A DNA stretch of 24,000 nucleotides from Actinobacillus equuli (GCF_900636745.1 NZ_LR134310.1:2368321-2392320); one strand, 5' to 3'; positions 8,470-19,300 are shown, counted from the stretch's first letter. Translations and numbers: made by a program. Notes: generated by a model not told the origin, from the letters alone.

Positions 8470-9606
8470 ATGACCAAATACAACAATATTGAAACTACAT
8501 TAGTACAATTAGGTAACCGTACTGATCCTCGTACGGGTGCGGTAGCAACACCGATTATTTTATCAACTGCTTATGGCCGTGATGGTTTAGGTGAATCAAC
8601 AGGTTGGGATTATACTCGTACCAAAAACCCAACCCGTGCCGTGTTAGAGCAAGGTATTGCAGATTTAGAAGGCGGTGATGCTGGTTTTGCAATGGCATCA
8701 GGTATGGCGGCAATTCAGTTAGTGATGTCGCTTTTCAAAGCACCGGATGAATGGATTATTTCAAGCGATGTATATGGCGGTTCTTACCGTTTATTCGATT
8801 TCAGTCATAAACACCATAATACGGTAAAACCGGTTTATGTAAATACTGCAGATTTGGCGGCGATTGAAGCAGCAATTACCCCAAACACTAAAGCGATTTT
8901 TGTTGAAACACCGTCAAACCCATTAATGGAAGAGTGTGATGTGGACGCAATTTCAAAAATTGCGAAAAAACATAACTTAATGTTAATTGTGGATAATACT
9001 TTCTTAACTCCGATTTTATTCCGTCCGATCGAACACGGTGCGGATATTGTTATTCATAGCGCAACGAAATACCTTTCTGGTCACAACGATGTGTTAGCCG
9101 GTTTAATCGTTGCAAAAGATTCGGAAGCAACCAAAAACGAAGCGGGTCAAAACCTTTCAGAGCGCTTATTCTACTTCCAAAACTGTGCTGGCGCAGTGCT
9201 TTCGCCGTTTGATTCTTATCTTGCGGTGCGTGGCTTAAAAACCCTCGCGTTGCGTATGGAGCGCCACCAATCGAATGCAACTGAATTAGCGAAGTTCTTA
9301 AGTGAACAGCCTGAGATTGATAGCGTACTTTATTCAGGTAAGAGCGGTATGCTTTCATTTCGTTTACAAAAAGAAGAGTGGGTGCCGAAATTCTTAAAAG
9401 CGATCAATTTGATTACCTTTGCGGAGAGTTTAGGTGGTACGGAAAGTTTTATCACTTACCCGTCGACCCAAACGCATATGGATATTCCGGAAGCGGAGCG
9501 TATTGCTCGTGGTATTACTAATAACTTGCTGCGTTTCTCTGTCGGTCTTGAACACGTTGAAGACCTAAAAGCGGATCTTCGTCAGGCATTCCAACAATTA
9601 AAATAA
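8470..9606 (+). CDS. Cys/Met-metabolism PLP-dependent enzyme (cystathionine gamma-synthase / beta-lyase family, MetB/MetC-like)
   Basis: YTRTKNPTR, the PLP-lysine block HSATKYLSGHNDVLAG, and the C-terminal SLGGTESFITYPSTQTH and LLRFSVGLE motifs are typical of the family. I cannot distinguish synthase from lyase by eye. Confidence 0.85.
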   Translation: MTKYNNIETTLVQLGNRTDPRTGAVATPIILSTAYGRDGLGESTGWDYTRTKNPTRAVLEQGIADLEGGDAGFAMASGMAAIQLVMSLFKAPDEWIISSDVYGGSYRLFDFSHKHHNTVKPVYVNTADLAAIEAAITPNTKAIFVETPSNPLMEECDVDAISKIAKKHNLMLIVDNTFLTPILFRPIEHGADIVIHSATKYLSGHNDVLAGLIVAKDSEATKNEAGQNLSERLFYFQNCAGAVLSPFDSYLAVRGLKTLALRMERHQSNATELAKFLSEQPEIDSVLYSGKSGMLSFRLQKEEWVPKFLKAINLITFAESLGGTESFITYPSTQTHMDIPEAERIARGITNNLLRFSVGLEHVEDLKADLRQAFQQLK

Positions 9607-9642
9607 AAAAATTAGGCCCTGTAAAATCAGGGCTTAATTTTT
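9604..9642. terminator. Bidirectional intrinsic terminator between convergent genes
   Basis: An A run (9604-9611), TTAGGCCCTG (9612-9621), loop TAAAAT, CAGGGCTTAA (9628-9637), then a T run. It lies between the metB-like stop and the glycosyltransferase stop. Confidence 0.7.
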
Positions 9643-10450
9643 ATGTATAGGCTTGGTAAATATCTTGCCATTCGAGGGAATAATAAAACCAATACGTATC
9701 ACGAAATCTTGTTTTATAATGAATTAACCAGGGTTTTGCTTCGGTGTTAAAATGAAGAATAAGTGGCGTAATATGTGCAGGAAAGTTTTCTAATAAATGT
9801 GTTAAACCAAGTTGAGGATATAGAAAATCTACACCCACTAAGTAGTTGTACCCTCGATTCAGTTTTAGCCATTTATTCTCAAAAATAATGTTGAGAATAC
9901 TTTGATCAGCGTCGGGTAGGTGTTCTACGTATTTTTCGGATAATTCGAGTGCAAGTTTGGTGATATTATTTTCTTTCCATAGACGGTTATTAATCAATAA
10001 AACACCTGCGTTAAAGCTATAATTATTGTATGCTTTCTGCGCTATATCATCTTTTACTGCCGCTAAGAAATCATTTTCTAAGTTAACGTTATAAAGCGGT
10101 TTTAAGCAGCCGGTTACAATTAAATCACAGTCTAAGTATAGTACTTTATCTTCGGGAATAAGATCTGGGATAAAGTAGCGGAAATAGGTAGTATCTGATG
10201 AAATATGTTGGTAAGTCTTAAAGTTTTTAATGGACTCGTTAGTGATTTTAATATCAATAACACTAGAATTTAATTTTGTTAATTTACAATTTAGTACATA
10301 AAACCATTCAGAAGGAAAATCTCTATTTAGTATAAAAAACTTAATATTTTTATTATGATAGCAGATGGATTTAATGGTTGTTATTAAGTAATCTGTATAG
10401 GACTGATTAGCAGCAAGAACGATATTTATTGTTGTTGGATTAGTGAGCAT
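9641..10450 (-). CDS. Family 8 glycosyltransferase (LPS/LOS alpha-hexosyltransferase-like)
   Basis: The N-terminal INIVLAANQSYTDYL region and the DxD motif (LYLDCDLIV) are typical of GT8 (LgtC/RfaJ type). GC is clearly lower than in the neighbours (hand counts of 22-35% in 60-nt samples). Confidence 0.8.
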   Translation of the reverse strand: MLTNPTTINIVLAANQSYTDYLITTIKSICYHNKNIKFFILNRDFPSEWFYVLNCKLTKLNSSVIDIKITNESIKNFKTYQHISSDTTYFRYFIPDLIPEDKVLYLDCDLIVTGCLKPLYNVNLENDFLAAVKDDIAQKAYNNYSFNAGVLLINNRLWKENNITKLALELSEKYVEHLPDADQSILNIIFENKWLKLNRGYNYLVGVDFLYPQLGLTHLLENFPAHITPLILHFNTEAKPWLIHYKTRFRDTYWFYYSLEWQDIYQAYT

Positions 10451-10550
10451 TTTATAATAGAATTAGTGTTTATACAGTAAATTAGATTTATTTACATTTC
10501 TTTATGAAAGTATTAAAATTTGAATGTAAATCATTATATAGGAAAAAATC

Positions 10551-11090
10551 ATGAAAAAACATCACGTTGAAACTCTCATTTCTCACGAAGAAGTTCAATC
10601 TCGTATTATAGAACTTGCTAAAGAAATTAATCATCACTATGCACACGCACATTGCGAGAACCTAGTTGTTGTGGGGTTACTACGTGGTTCATTTATGTTT
10701 ATGGCGGATTTAGTGCGTTTAATTGATGTGCCGGTTGAAGTCGATTTTATGACCGCATCCAGCTATGGTTCGGGTACGGAATCAAGTCGTGATGTTAAGA
10801 TCTTAAAAGATCTTGATGGTGAGATTCACGGTAAAGACGTTTTAATTGTTGAAGACATTATTGATACCGGTTTTACCTTAAGCAAAGTGCGTGATATTTT
10901 GAATTTGCGTGAGCCTCGTTCGGTAGCAATCTGTACATTATTGGATAAACCTTCACGTCGTGAAGTAGAAGTACCGGTTGAATGGGCCGGTTTTGCCATT
11001 CCGGATGAATTCGTAGTTGGATACGGTATTGATTATGCACAAAAATATCGCAATCTTGATTTTATCGGTAAAGTTGTGATGGACGAATAA
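10551..11090 (+). CDS. hpt: Hypoxanthine phosphoribosyltransferase
   Basis: The PRPP-binding block [15 protein letters not shown] and the flexible-loop SSYG motif are present, and 179 aa is the expected length. Confidence 0.95.
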   Translation: MKKHHVETLISHEEVQSRIIELAKEINHHYAHAHCENLVVVGLLRGSFMFMADLVRLIDVPVEVDFMTASSYGSGTESSRDVKILKDLDGEIHGKDVLIVEDIIDTGFTLSKVRDILNLREPRSVAICTLLDKPSRREVEVPVEWAGFAIPDEFVVGYGIDYAQKYRNLDFIGKVVMDE

Positions 11091-11110
11091 ACCATCAAAA
11101 TAATATAACT

Positions 11111-11142
11111 AACCGCTTGTAGGAAACTTCAAGCGGTTTTTT
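11111..11142 (+). terminator. hpt terminator formed by an inverted USS pair
   Basis: AACCGCTTG (11111-11119) pairs with CAAGCGGTT (11130-11138), followed by a T run. Confidence 0.8.
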
Positions 11143-11183
11143 GTGCCTAACTTGCTCAAGTAAAGAAAAGGGAGGAAGAAAGA

Positions 11184-13316
11184 ATGTGGAAAAAAACATT
11201 TGTAGCTTTATTGGTTGCAGCTTCAGTAAATATAAGTGTTGCAGCAAAGTCTAAAACAAAAGTATACAGTGAAGCAGAGGTCGCTCAGCTACAAGCCGAA
11301 TTAGAAAAAAAATTAACTGACAAATGGCAAACCGAGCAACAAACCGTAGAGACGTTAGCCAAGCAAAGAGCTTATTTTGAACAGTTAGAGGCAATTTTGA
11401 AAGCGGCACAAGCGAAAAAGCAGCTGACTCCGGATGCATTAGCGTTAAGCCATAAGCTTATTAATGCCTTAGCCGGTTATCCGCTGGAAATGGAAGCTGA
11501 ATGGGAATTACTGAAAACCAAGCTTGCGATGAAGCAAGTTACAGAACAAGAAATAGCCTCTTTTGCACAAAAATATCCGAACTCGCCTTATCAGAGACGT
11601 TTGGACCAATTGCCGTTTGAACAATTGTATCAGGCGGCAAAATGGACAGAATTGCTCGAATATGCCAAAAAAGTGACGCCGGAAGGCAATGAAAATCAGT
11701 GTCGAGTGTTTTCCGCACAATATCAGTTATTCGCCAGTCAAGCACAGATCAACCCCGAGGCGGAACAGGCAGTGCAAAGTACGGTTTCAGCAAATGCAGT
11801 AAAGAGTGTAATGACTGATTTACTCGGGCAGTTTGAAAAGTTCTGGCTAAAAACGGTTGAATTACCGCAAAGTTGTGCCGATATTGAAGCTTATTGGCGT
11901 GATCAAGGCGGTAAAACAGCGGAAAAAATTCGCTTAAAAGCAGTTGAATTATTTAAGCAAAACGCGCCTAAAGGTTTGGAAATTTTGAGTTTAAATATTC
12001 AAGATTCAGAACTTGCTTTATGGCTTAGTGAAGTAAGCAAATTGCAGAACAACGTAAGCCATTTGCAAAATTTTATCCAAAATCAACCGCTTACTGAACA
12101 TAATAAAGCATTAGTTATGTTCACTTTTCCTAAGTTGTTGAAATCATTAGCTGAAGATATTCCATCACCTAATTTTGCACCTTATCAAACTTGGGCAGAA
12201 AAATGGCAATTGACACCGGCAGAACTAAAAGAATGGAAAACAGCGTTTATCAGTCGCTTTTTTGATAATCAGTCAGGAGAGTGGCAAATTTGGCGTGATA
12301 ATGAGCTTCAAACGTTAAAAGCTGATAATCTGACCGAACGCCGCCTACGTATGGCGTTGTGGAAACAAGAGAAGCTGGATACGTGGCTTGTTTTATTATC
12401 GGATGAGGCTAAACAAAAAGCGGAATGGCGTTATTGGCTAGCGAAAACAGAGAAAGATTCACAAAAAAGGGCTCAACAGTTTGCCGATTTAGCGAAAGAA
12501 CGAGGCTTTTATCCGATGCTAGCCGCTCAGCAATTAGCTAAAGTTTATCAGTTTGAACAACCGGCAGTAAAATCGCTAACGGCAGAACAAATCACAGAAT
12601 TTACCCCGCAATTTATGCGTATTAAAGAATGGCGTGCGCTTAATCGTTTCGAATCAGCTAAGGGACTATGGACCGAATGGTTAAAGGGATTATCGTTTGA
12701 AGAGCAATTAGGCCTCAGCGAATATGCTAAACAGCGAGACTGGTACGATTTAGCGGTTGAAGCAACGATTCAGGCAAAGGCATGGGATTATATTGATTTA
12801 CGCCTACCGAATGCTTATACGCAGTGGTTTGATTTGAATCTCACGGAAAAAAGTGTTTCTAGAACTTTTGCGATGGCAATTGCTCGTCAAGAAAGTGCTT
12901 GGAGTAGTCAAGCTAAGTCACACGCCAACGCTATGGGGCTAATGCAGATGTTACCGAGTACAGCGGCATTAACGGCGAAAAATATGGGATTACCGTTTGA
13001 GAACGATAAAGATTTGTTTGATCCGCTTAGAAATATTATGTTAGCTACGGCACACTTAAATGAGCTAAATGTGAAGTATCCGAATAACCGCATTTTGATT
13101 GCCGCGGCGTATAACGCAGGTGCAAGTCGGGTAGATAAGTGGTTGGCTCGTAGTAACGGTACATTAGCGATGGATGAATTTATCGCTTCAATTCCATTTT
13201 ATGAAACGCGAGGTTATGTACAAAACGTACTGACTTATGATTATTACTACCAGATGTTACAAGGTGTACACACCAAACAAATGTTTTATAAAGAGGAGTT
13301 ACAGAAGCAGTATTAA
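11184..13316 (+). CDS. slt: Soluble lytic murein transglycosylase (Slt70 family)
   Basis: Signal peptide MWKKTFVALLVAASVNISVAA, a long helical superhelix region, and a C-terminal catalytic SLT domain (ARQESAWSSQAKSHANAMGLMQMLPSTA ... AAYNAG). Confidence 0.9.
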   Translation: MWKKTFVALLVAASVNISVAAKSKTKVYSEAEVAQLQAELEKKLTDKWQTEQQTVETLAKQRAYFEQLEAILKAAQAKKQLTPDALALSHKLINALAGYPLEMEAEWELLKTKLAMKQVTEQEIASFAQKYPNSPYQRRLDQLPFEQLYQAAKWTELLEYAKKVTPEGNENQCRVFSAQYQLFASQAQINPEAEQAVQSTVSANAVKSVMTDLLGQFEKFWLKTVELPQSCADIEAYWRDQGGKTAEKIRLKAVELFKQNAPKGLEILSLNIQDSELALWLSEVSKLQNNVSHLQNFIQNQPLTEHNKALVMFTFPKLLKSLAEDIPSPNFAPYQTWAEKWQLTPAELKEWKTAFISRFFDNQSGEWQIWRDNELQTLKADNLTERRLRMALWKQEKLDTWLVLLSDEAKQKAEWRYWLAKTEKDSQKRAQQFADLAKERGFYPMLAAQQLAKVYQFEQPAVKSLTAEQITEFTPQFMRIKEWRALNRFESAKGLWTEWLKGLSFEEQLGLSEYAKQRDWYDLAVEATIQAKAWDYIDLRLPNAYTQWFDLNLTEKSVSRTFAMAIARQESAWSSQAKSHANAMGLMQMLPSTAALTAKNMGLPFENDKDLFDPLRNIMLATAHLNELNVKYPNNRILIAAAYNAGASRVDKWLARSNGTLAMDEFIASIPFYETRGYVQNVLTYDYYYQMLQGVHTKQMFYKEELQKQY

Positions 13317-13345
13317 TAAGCTGATTTATCTTTAATACCAATAAA

Positions 13346-13408
13346 ACAAGCGGTTAAATTCTTCAGATTTTTTGCAAAATTTTCTGGAAATTTAACCGCT
13401 TTTTTTTA
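13346..13408 (+). terminator. slt terminator, which is also a USS-pair palindromic element
   Basis: AAGCGGTTAAATT (13348-13360) pairs perfectly with AATTTAACCGCTT (13389-13401). The loop holds the TTTTTTGCAAAA core. Eight T follow (13400-13407). Confidence 0.8.
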
Positions 13409-13457
13409 TATTACAATCTATAAATTTACTTAAAATTACTTTTTTTCGTGAAAAAAC

Positions 13458-13479
13458 TGTAAGTTAATTGTAAGTTAAT
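13458..13479 (+). repeat. Perfect tandem 11-bp direct repeat upstream of tpsB
   Basis: TGTAAGTTAAT TGTAAGTTAAT, running into TATAAAAT. It lies about 50 nt upstream of the tpsB ATG. Confidence 0.6.
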
Positions 13480-13529
13480 ATAAAATTCGTAGACATAATA
13501 TTTCGGAACCTATTACCCATGGAGCAATT

Positions 13530-15233
13530 ATGTCTAAGAAGTATGAAAAAACGCTACTTTGTATGCTGTGTTTATCTGCGGCGATGGCGAATCAGTCAGT
13601 GACTGCTGAGGAAAAAGACCCTTTAAGTCAAGAGATACAACGGTTAAAACACCAACAAACCATAAATGAAGCAGAAGAAAATTTACAAAGGGCTGAAAAA
13701 TTTCTAGACGCTTCCCAAGAACAAACTTCCTCTCCCATTTTAGATTCCAATGCGGAACAGAACGGTCAGCAAATTACACAAATTGACATTGACCTTAATA
13801 AACAAACGTTCGCATTAAATTTTAATCCTGTTATTGAAAAATATAAGCATCAACCGCTGAGTTCGGCAGTTGTACTCAATTTAGTTAAAGAGCTCACATC
13901 CGTTTTATATGATGCGGGTTATGTCACGAGTGCTATAGGTTTAAAAGACAAAGCGATAGAGAATGGCCATCTTACTTTCATTGTTCACTGGGGCATGGTG
14001 AATGATATTTATGTAAACAATGAGAAGCCAAGTACTTTTAAAGATAGGGCAATGGTATCCGTTTTACCTAATTTAAAAGATAAAGTCTTTAATGTTCACG
14101 ATATCGACCAATTTGTAGAAATCCTCAATACCAATAATAAAGAGGCGGAAATAAAAGTCTTGGCCAGCGATGAATATGCGAAATCGAATCTAAATATAGT
14201 TACCCAGCGAAATAGTTTACCGACATTAACGTTAGGTTTTAATAATTCAGGGGCAGAGAATAATCGCAATGGTCGTAATCAGGTTACGGCGAATATTACT
14301 TGGAGCGATGTATTAGGTACAAATGACACATGGGCATTTCAAACAGGCTACCGTTTTTATAAACAACACACAAAAAATAATCAACAGAATTATTCATTAA
14401 GTTATGTTCAACCGTTTTCATACTACACATTTGAAACTCGAGTATCCCAATCTGATTATGAAAAAGAGTTAAAAGGTTTTAATACTTATTCTTCTTCAGG
14501 CAAAACGCAAACGGCGAATATCAAATTATCGCGCTTATTGACACGTAACAAAAGCAGTATGCTATTTGCGTATAGTGAATTCGAGTTCAAAAAGCGTCAA
14601 AACCACGTAGCCAATCGTCTAGTGGGCAATTTACATCATAATAAAGTCACTGTGGGTTTATCTCATATTAGCCAGCTTTGGAACGGTAAATTATATAGCG
14701 ATGTTTCTTATACCAACGGTTTGAACTGGTTTAATGCGAATAAGCTGGCTTATGACACTAAGGGGGAAAAGACTTTACGTCTTGTTTCAACGTCACTCAA
14801 CTGGCATAAACCGGTTGAATTATTTAAACGAAATGCGAGTTATCAAATGCGTATTGGTGGACAGTATAGTTCTGACAGTTTGTATTCGGATAATCAATTT
14901 TCAATAGGTGATGAATATACGGTAAGGGGTTTTAAAGGAAGCGTATTATCCGGTGATAAAGGGGCGTATCTATCGCAAACCTTAACCTTACCGTTTTATC
15001 CGCAAAAGGCTTATTTATCGACATTATCCCCTTTTATTGGTGTTGATATTGGACGCGTGTACCAAAAATCACCTAAATTAAATAAGACATTATCGGGAAT
15101 TGCAGCAGGGATGAAAGCGCAAGTGAAGAATATGTCTTTATCATTTACTTATGCGAAACCATTGCAGACATTGGCAACAAGACCAAATCACAAATCGCCA
15201 GTGTATTACGTAAACGGTTCAATTACTTTCTAA
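13530..15233 (+). CDS. Two-partner secretion outer-membrane transporter (TpsB; ShlB/FhaC/HecB family, IbpB/LspB-like)
   Basis: Signal peptide (LLCMLCLSAAMANQSVTA), a POTRA-like N-terminal region, the conserved L6 motif VRGF (14922-14933) and a terminal aromatic residue (...NGSITF). GGAG SD is present. It sits directly upstream of the TpsA ORF. Confidence 0.9.
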   Translation: MSKKYEKTLLCMLCLSAAMANQSVTAEEKDPLSQEIQRLKHQQTINEAEENLQRAEKFLDASQEQTSSPILDSNAEQNGQQITQIDIDLNKQTFALNFNPVIEKYKHQPLSSAVVLNLVKELTSVLYDAGYVTSAIGLKDKAIENGHLTFIVHWGMVNDIYVNNEKPSTFKDRAMVSVLPNLKDKVFNVHDIDQFVEILNTNNKEAEIKVLASDEYAKSNLNIVTQRNSLPTLTLGFNNSGAENNRNGRNQVTANITWSDVLGTNDTWAFQTGYRFYKQHTKNNQQNYSLSYVQPFSYYTFETRVSQSDYEKELKGFNTYSSSGKTQTANIKLSRLLTRNKSSMLFAYSEFEFKKRQNHVANRLVGNLHHNKVTVGLSHISQLWNGKLYSDVSYTNGLNWFNANKLAYDTKGEKTLRLVSTSLNWHKPVELFKRNASYQMRIGGQYSSDSLYSDNQFSIGDEYTVRGFKGSVLSGDKGAYLSQTLTLPFYPQKAYLSTLSPFIGVDIGRVYQKSPKLNKTLSGIAAGMKAQVKNMSLSFTYAKPLQTLATRPNHKSPVYYVNGSITF

Positions 15234-15313
15234 TATGATTTTTATAAGGGGTTAAGGCATTATTTTGAGGTAGTGCTTTAGCCACAATAACAAAAACCTG
15301 ATAAGGAGAACAT

Positions 15314-16300
15314 ATGAACAAAAATCGCTATAAACTGATATTCAGTAAAGTGAGAGCGTGTTTAGTCCCTGTAGCTGAAAATATTAAATCAGCACAAGAT
15401 AGTGGCTCATCATCAAATGTTGCAGAAAGCCAAGAAGAGGAAAGTGCCTGTGAGGTTGCACTGACCCCGCTTTCGGCGAGCATTAAAGCGGGCTTAATGC
15501 CGACTCAATTTAATCCATTATTTAAATGGAAAAATATCTCGTTTTTATTATTGACCGGTGTAACCTTGCCTGCATTTGCAGAATCAAGCGCAGTGGTTGA
15601 CCAACAGTTTAAAGATAAAACGACCATTACGGAACGAGCTCGAGAGAGTGGTAAAGGCAATATATTAATTATTGATATTGCCAAACCGGAAGCGGATGGC
15701 GTATCGGATAACCGTTTTTCGAAATTTAATGTTCCAAACAGTGCAGTATTCAATAACTCGTTAGAAAAAGGGACATCACAGCTGGCTGGCTCATTGGAGA
15801 AAAACAAACACTTTGATGATAAAGCTGCAAAAGCGATCTTAAACCAAGTAACAGGCCCAGAGATGAGTAAAATCCAAGGTGGTCTAGAAGTATTTGGTCA
15901 GAAAGCGGACTTAATTATCGTGAACCCAAATGGTATTGAACTTAATGGGGTGAAAACGATTAATTCTGATCGTTTTGTCGCGGCTGCGGCAAATGTTACG
16001 GAGAAAGGTAAATACGATAAATTAACCACTTCAAAAGGTAAAGTGGTAATTGGCGCCAATGGTGTAGCAACGAATGGTTTGTCGTATTTTGATGTAGTGG
16101 CTAAGACTATTGAGCAAAAAGGGACGATTGGTCCAGAGAAAGATACAAAAAATCATCCGACTGCGAATATCACTTTTGCTGCGGGTAGTCTAGATTATGA
16201 TTTAAAAACGCATAATATCAAAGCTAAAGAAGATAAAACTGGAAACAAGTTTAGAATCAAGAGTAAAGACGAAAGTGAGATTGCAATTTCAGGCGAATTA
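15314..16300 (+). other. Extended signal peptide (ESPR) plus TPS secretion domain of TpsA
   Basis: MNKNRYKLIFSKVRACLVPVAE (ESPR). The h-region and cleavage site are ISFLLLTGVTLPAFA/ES, ending at 15580. TPS motifs present: NRFSKFNV, AILNQVTG, and VNPNGIELNG (NPNGI at 15923-15937). Confidence 0.85.
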
Positions 16301-19300
16301 GCAGGCGCAATGTATGGTAAGAATATTCAATTTATTACCACAGATAGCGGTGCAGGGGTAAATCACAAAGGAACAATTCTTTCGGAACAAGATATTAAAA
16401 TTGCTACTAAAGAAGGTAGTATTACCGTACAAAAAGTGCACGGTAATAAAATTGCTGCGGAAGGTAAAAACTTTGAAGTTGCACAAAAAGGCTTGGTTCG
16501 AGCGAATGAAAATATAGATTTAAAACTAAGCGAAAGTGTAACGTTAAATAACGAATCAAAAATTGCATCTAAGAAAACGAGTATTCAAACTAAAAAAGCT
16601 ACTATCAAAAATAATGCAACACTTATTGCAACTAATCTGGATGTAGATGCTAAAAATCAGATCATTAATGATGGTAGTTTAGTGGCTCGTACCAATAAAC
16701 TGAAAACAAAAAAATTGCTTAATAACAAGCAAGGTGAAATTTTAGCTGAGAATTTATTAGATATTACGGTTCAAGGTGAAAAAGATAAAGAATCAAACGG
16801 CTATCTTAATCACGGTAAAATAAAAAGTAATAATGAGGCTATTCTCTCATTTTCGAATAATAGTAGTTATGTTAGCCAAGGAATTGCCTTACCGGAGGCT
16901 AAAGAACATTTAATCATAAATACAAATAATGCTGAAATTTCTCAAAAAGATGAGTTTCAGCAACAATCGAAATTAACAATTAATGCAACCGGTAGATTTG
17001 TTAATAATGGATTATTAACAAGTGCGAAAGAGTTAAATATTAATACTCAAAATGATATTACTAATAATGGCTTATTAGGTGCTAAGAATATCTTGAATTT
17101 AGTTTCTAAACAAGGAGATATAGTAAATAGCATTAATTCTACTTTACATTCTGAGGGTAAGTCATATCTAGATGCTAAAGATAAAGTCATAAATTTGGGT
17201 GAGATTTATTCAAAAGGGAAGATCCATGTTAATGCATTAGCTTTAGAAAATAAGGCTGTCGTGACTGGTAATGTAAATAAGACGGATAAAAGGCATTCGA
17301 ATACACGTTATCCGTCATATAGAGCACGTTATGATGAAATTACGGTTGAGGGATTATTTTCTGAATTACAGCCAGATGCAAATATTAAAGTGAAGAATAT
17401 AGGGCGGATTACATCTGAAGATGGATTAGAATTTACCTCAAAGGATAAAGCAAATTCTTCTATTATTAATAACGGTATTATTAATGTAAAAGGTGATTTG
17501 AAGTATGATGCCAAAGTATTTCTTAATAATATGGATGGAGTTAAAGTAGATCTCTATAAAGAATTATTCATAAATAAAAATAAAATAACAGTTAAATTTC
17601 AGCCAAAATTACCATTATTCACACTACCATTAGCAGCAAAAGTAGTATATGAATTTGAGAATTTAGGCACGTTAATGGATTATGTTTTTGATGAATCAAA
17701 ACATATTGTTACTTCATTCTATTATGCGGATAAATTAGAAGTTCTAAATGCATTAAGGAATATTGCATCTCCAACTTTACAGAAAAGTTTGTCGGCTGTT
17801 TTTGGTGCTGGATGGGATAGCAATGCAACCTATTCATTTACTGGTAATTCGACACATTATGATAGATTAAAGAAACGTTGGGAAGCGTTTAGAAAAGATT
17901 CTATACAAGTAAATTTCTACCCTAATGCAAAAGCAAAAGTCTTTGCAGATAAGATTATTGGTGGTAGTGAACATGATACAAGTTCATTCCAAAATGGAGC
18001 ATATTCTGAGAAGGGAGATGCATCAAAACCAACTAATGAATTTAGAGTGGGTAAACATTCAATTCTAGTTCCTGATCCAATCTTTGAATCTTATACCAAT
18101 AAGATCCAAGAAAATAGTAACAGTTTAGATTTATCGACATTAGCGGAATTATTATCTCAACCGTATTTATTTATTGATAAATCCAAGTACCGTGAGAACG
18201 ATAAGAAAGATGAGCCGAAAGACTTCTCTTTAAAAGATAAAGATGATCAGAAATTGTTAGAAGAGACGGAGCAAGAAAAACAAAAAAGAGAACTTGAACG
18301 TCAAAAACAAGAGCAACAAGAGAGACTAAAAAGAGAAGAAGAGGAAAAACGAAGAAAAGAGGAAGAGGAGAAAAAGACAGAAGAACAACGTAAATTAGAA
18401 GAACAACGCCGTTTAGAATATGAGAAAGCATTAGAAGATGCGCGTCGTAAAGCAGAAGAATTAGAGAAGAAAAGAGCAATTCCTGAACGAAAAGATTTAC
18501 CGAACGTGGAAACAGAAGGACTTTATCGTACAAGGCTGCATTATATAAACCAAGAAGATTATATTGGTGGTAAATATTTCTTTAATAAGATTGCGCCCCG
18601 TGACGAAGAGTTAAAAAATGTACAAACCATAGGTGATAATTATTTTGAGCATCAATTAATTACGCGTTCTATTGAGAAAAAAGTAGATAACCATTTATCA
18701 CTAAAATATAACTTAACTGATATCCAATTAGTTAAGAAATTAATGGATAACGCATATTTTGAAGCAGAAGATCTAAAATTAACTTTAGGCCAGGCATTAA
18801 CGGAAGAACAGAAAAAGAATCTAAAAGAAGATATCATTTGGTATGTGAAAACGGAAGTAAATGGCAAAGAGGTGTTTGTACCTCAAGTTTATTTTGCACA
18901 ACAAACGCTTGATGATGCAGAAAAATTCCGAGGAGTCGGAAATGCAGTCATTAGAGCAAGAGAAATCAATGCAAAAGCTAAAGACATTCGTAATAGTGCG
19001 ACGATTGCTGGTGATGATGTAAATTTAAGTGCAGAAAATAAAGTTAAAAACCGTGGTGATATTCTCAGTAAAAATGAAACTCGCCTGTATGGTAAAAAAG
19101 GTGTTGAAAGCAGCGGAACAGTGTATGTTGATGAGAAAGGCAATACCAAAGTACGTAAAGCTCGTATTAAGTCAGAAGGCCATTTACATCTAGAAACTGA
19201 TTCTGAAAGCTCGGTTGATCTTACTGCAAGTGAGGTTAAAGCTAAAACAGGACAAGTTAAATCTAAAGATCTGAATTTAAATGATACTCATGAAACAGAA

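Noticed and set aside
19052-19060. RGD tripeptide (VKNRGDILS), as in FHA and IbpA integrin-binding motifs
   Set aside because: A tripeptide is expected by chance in a protein of nearly 3,000 residues, and there is no supporting context.
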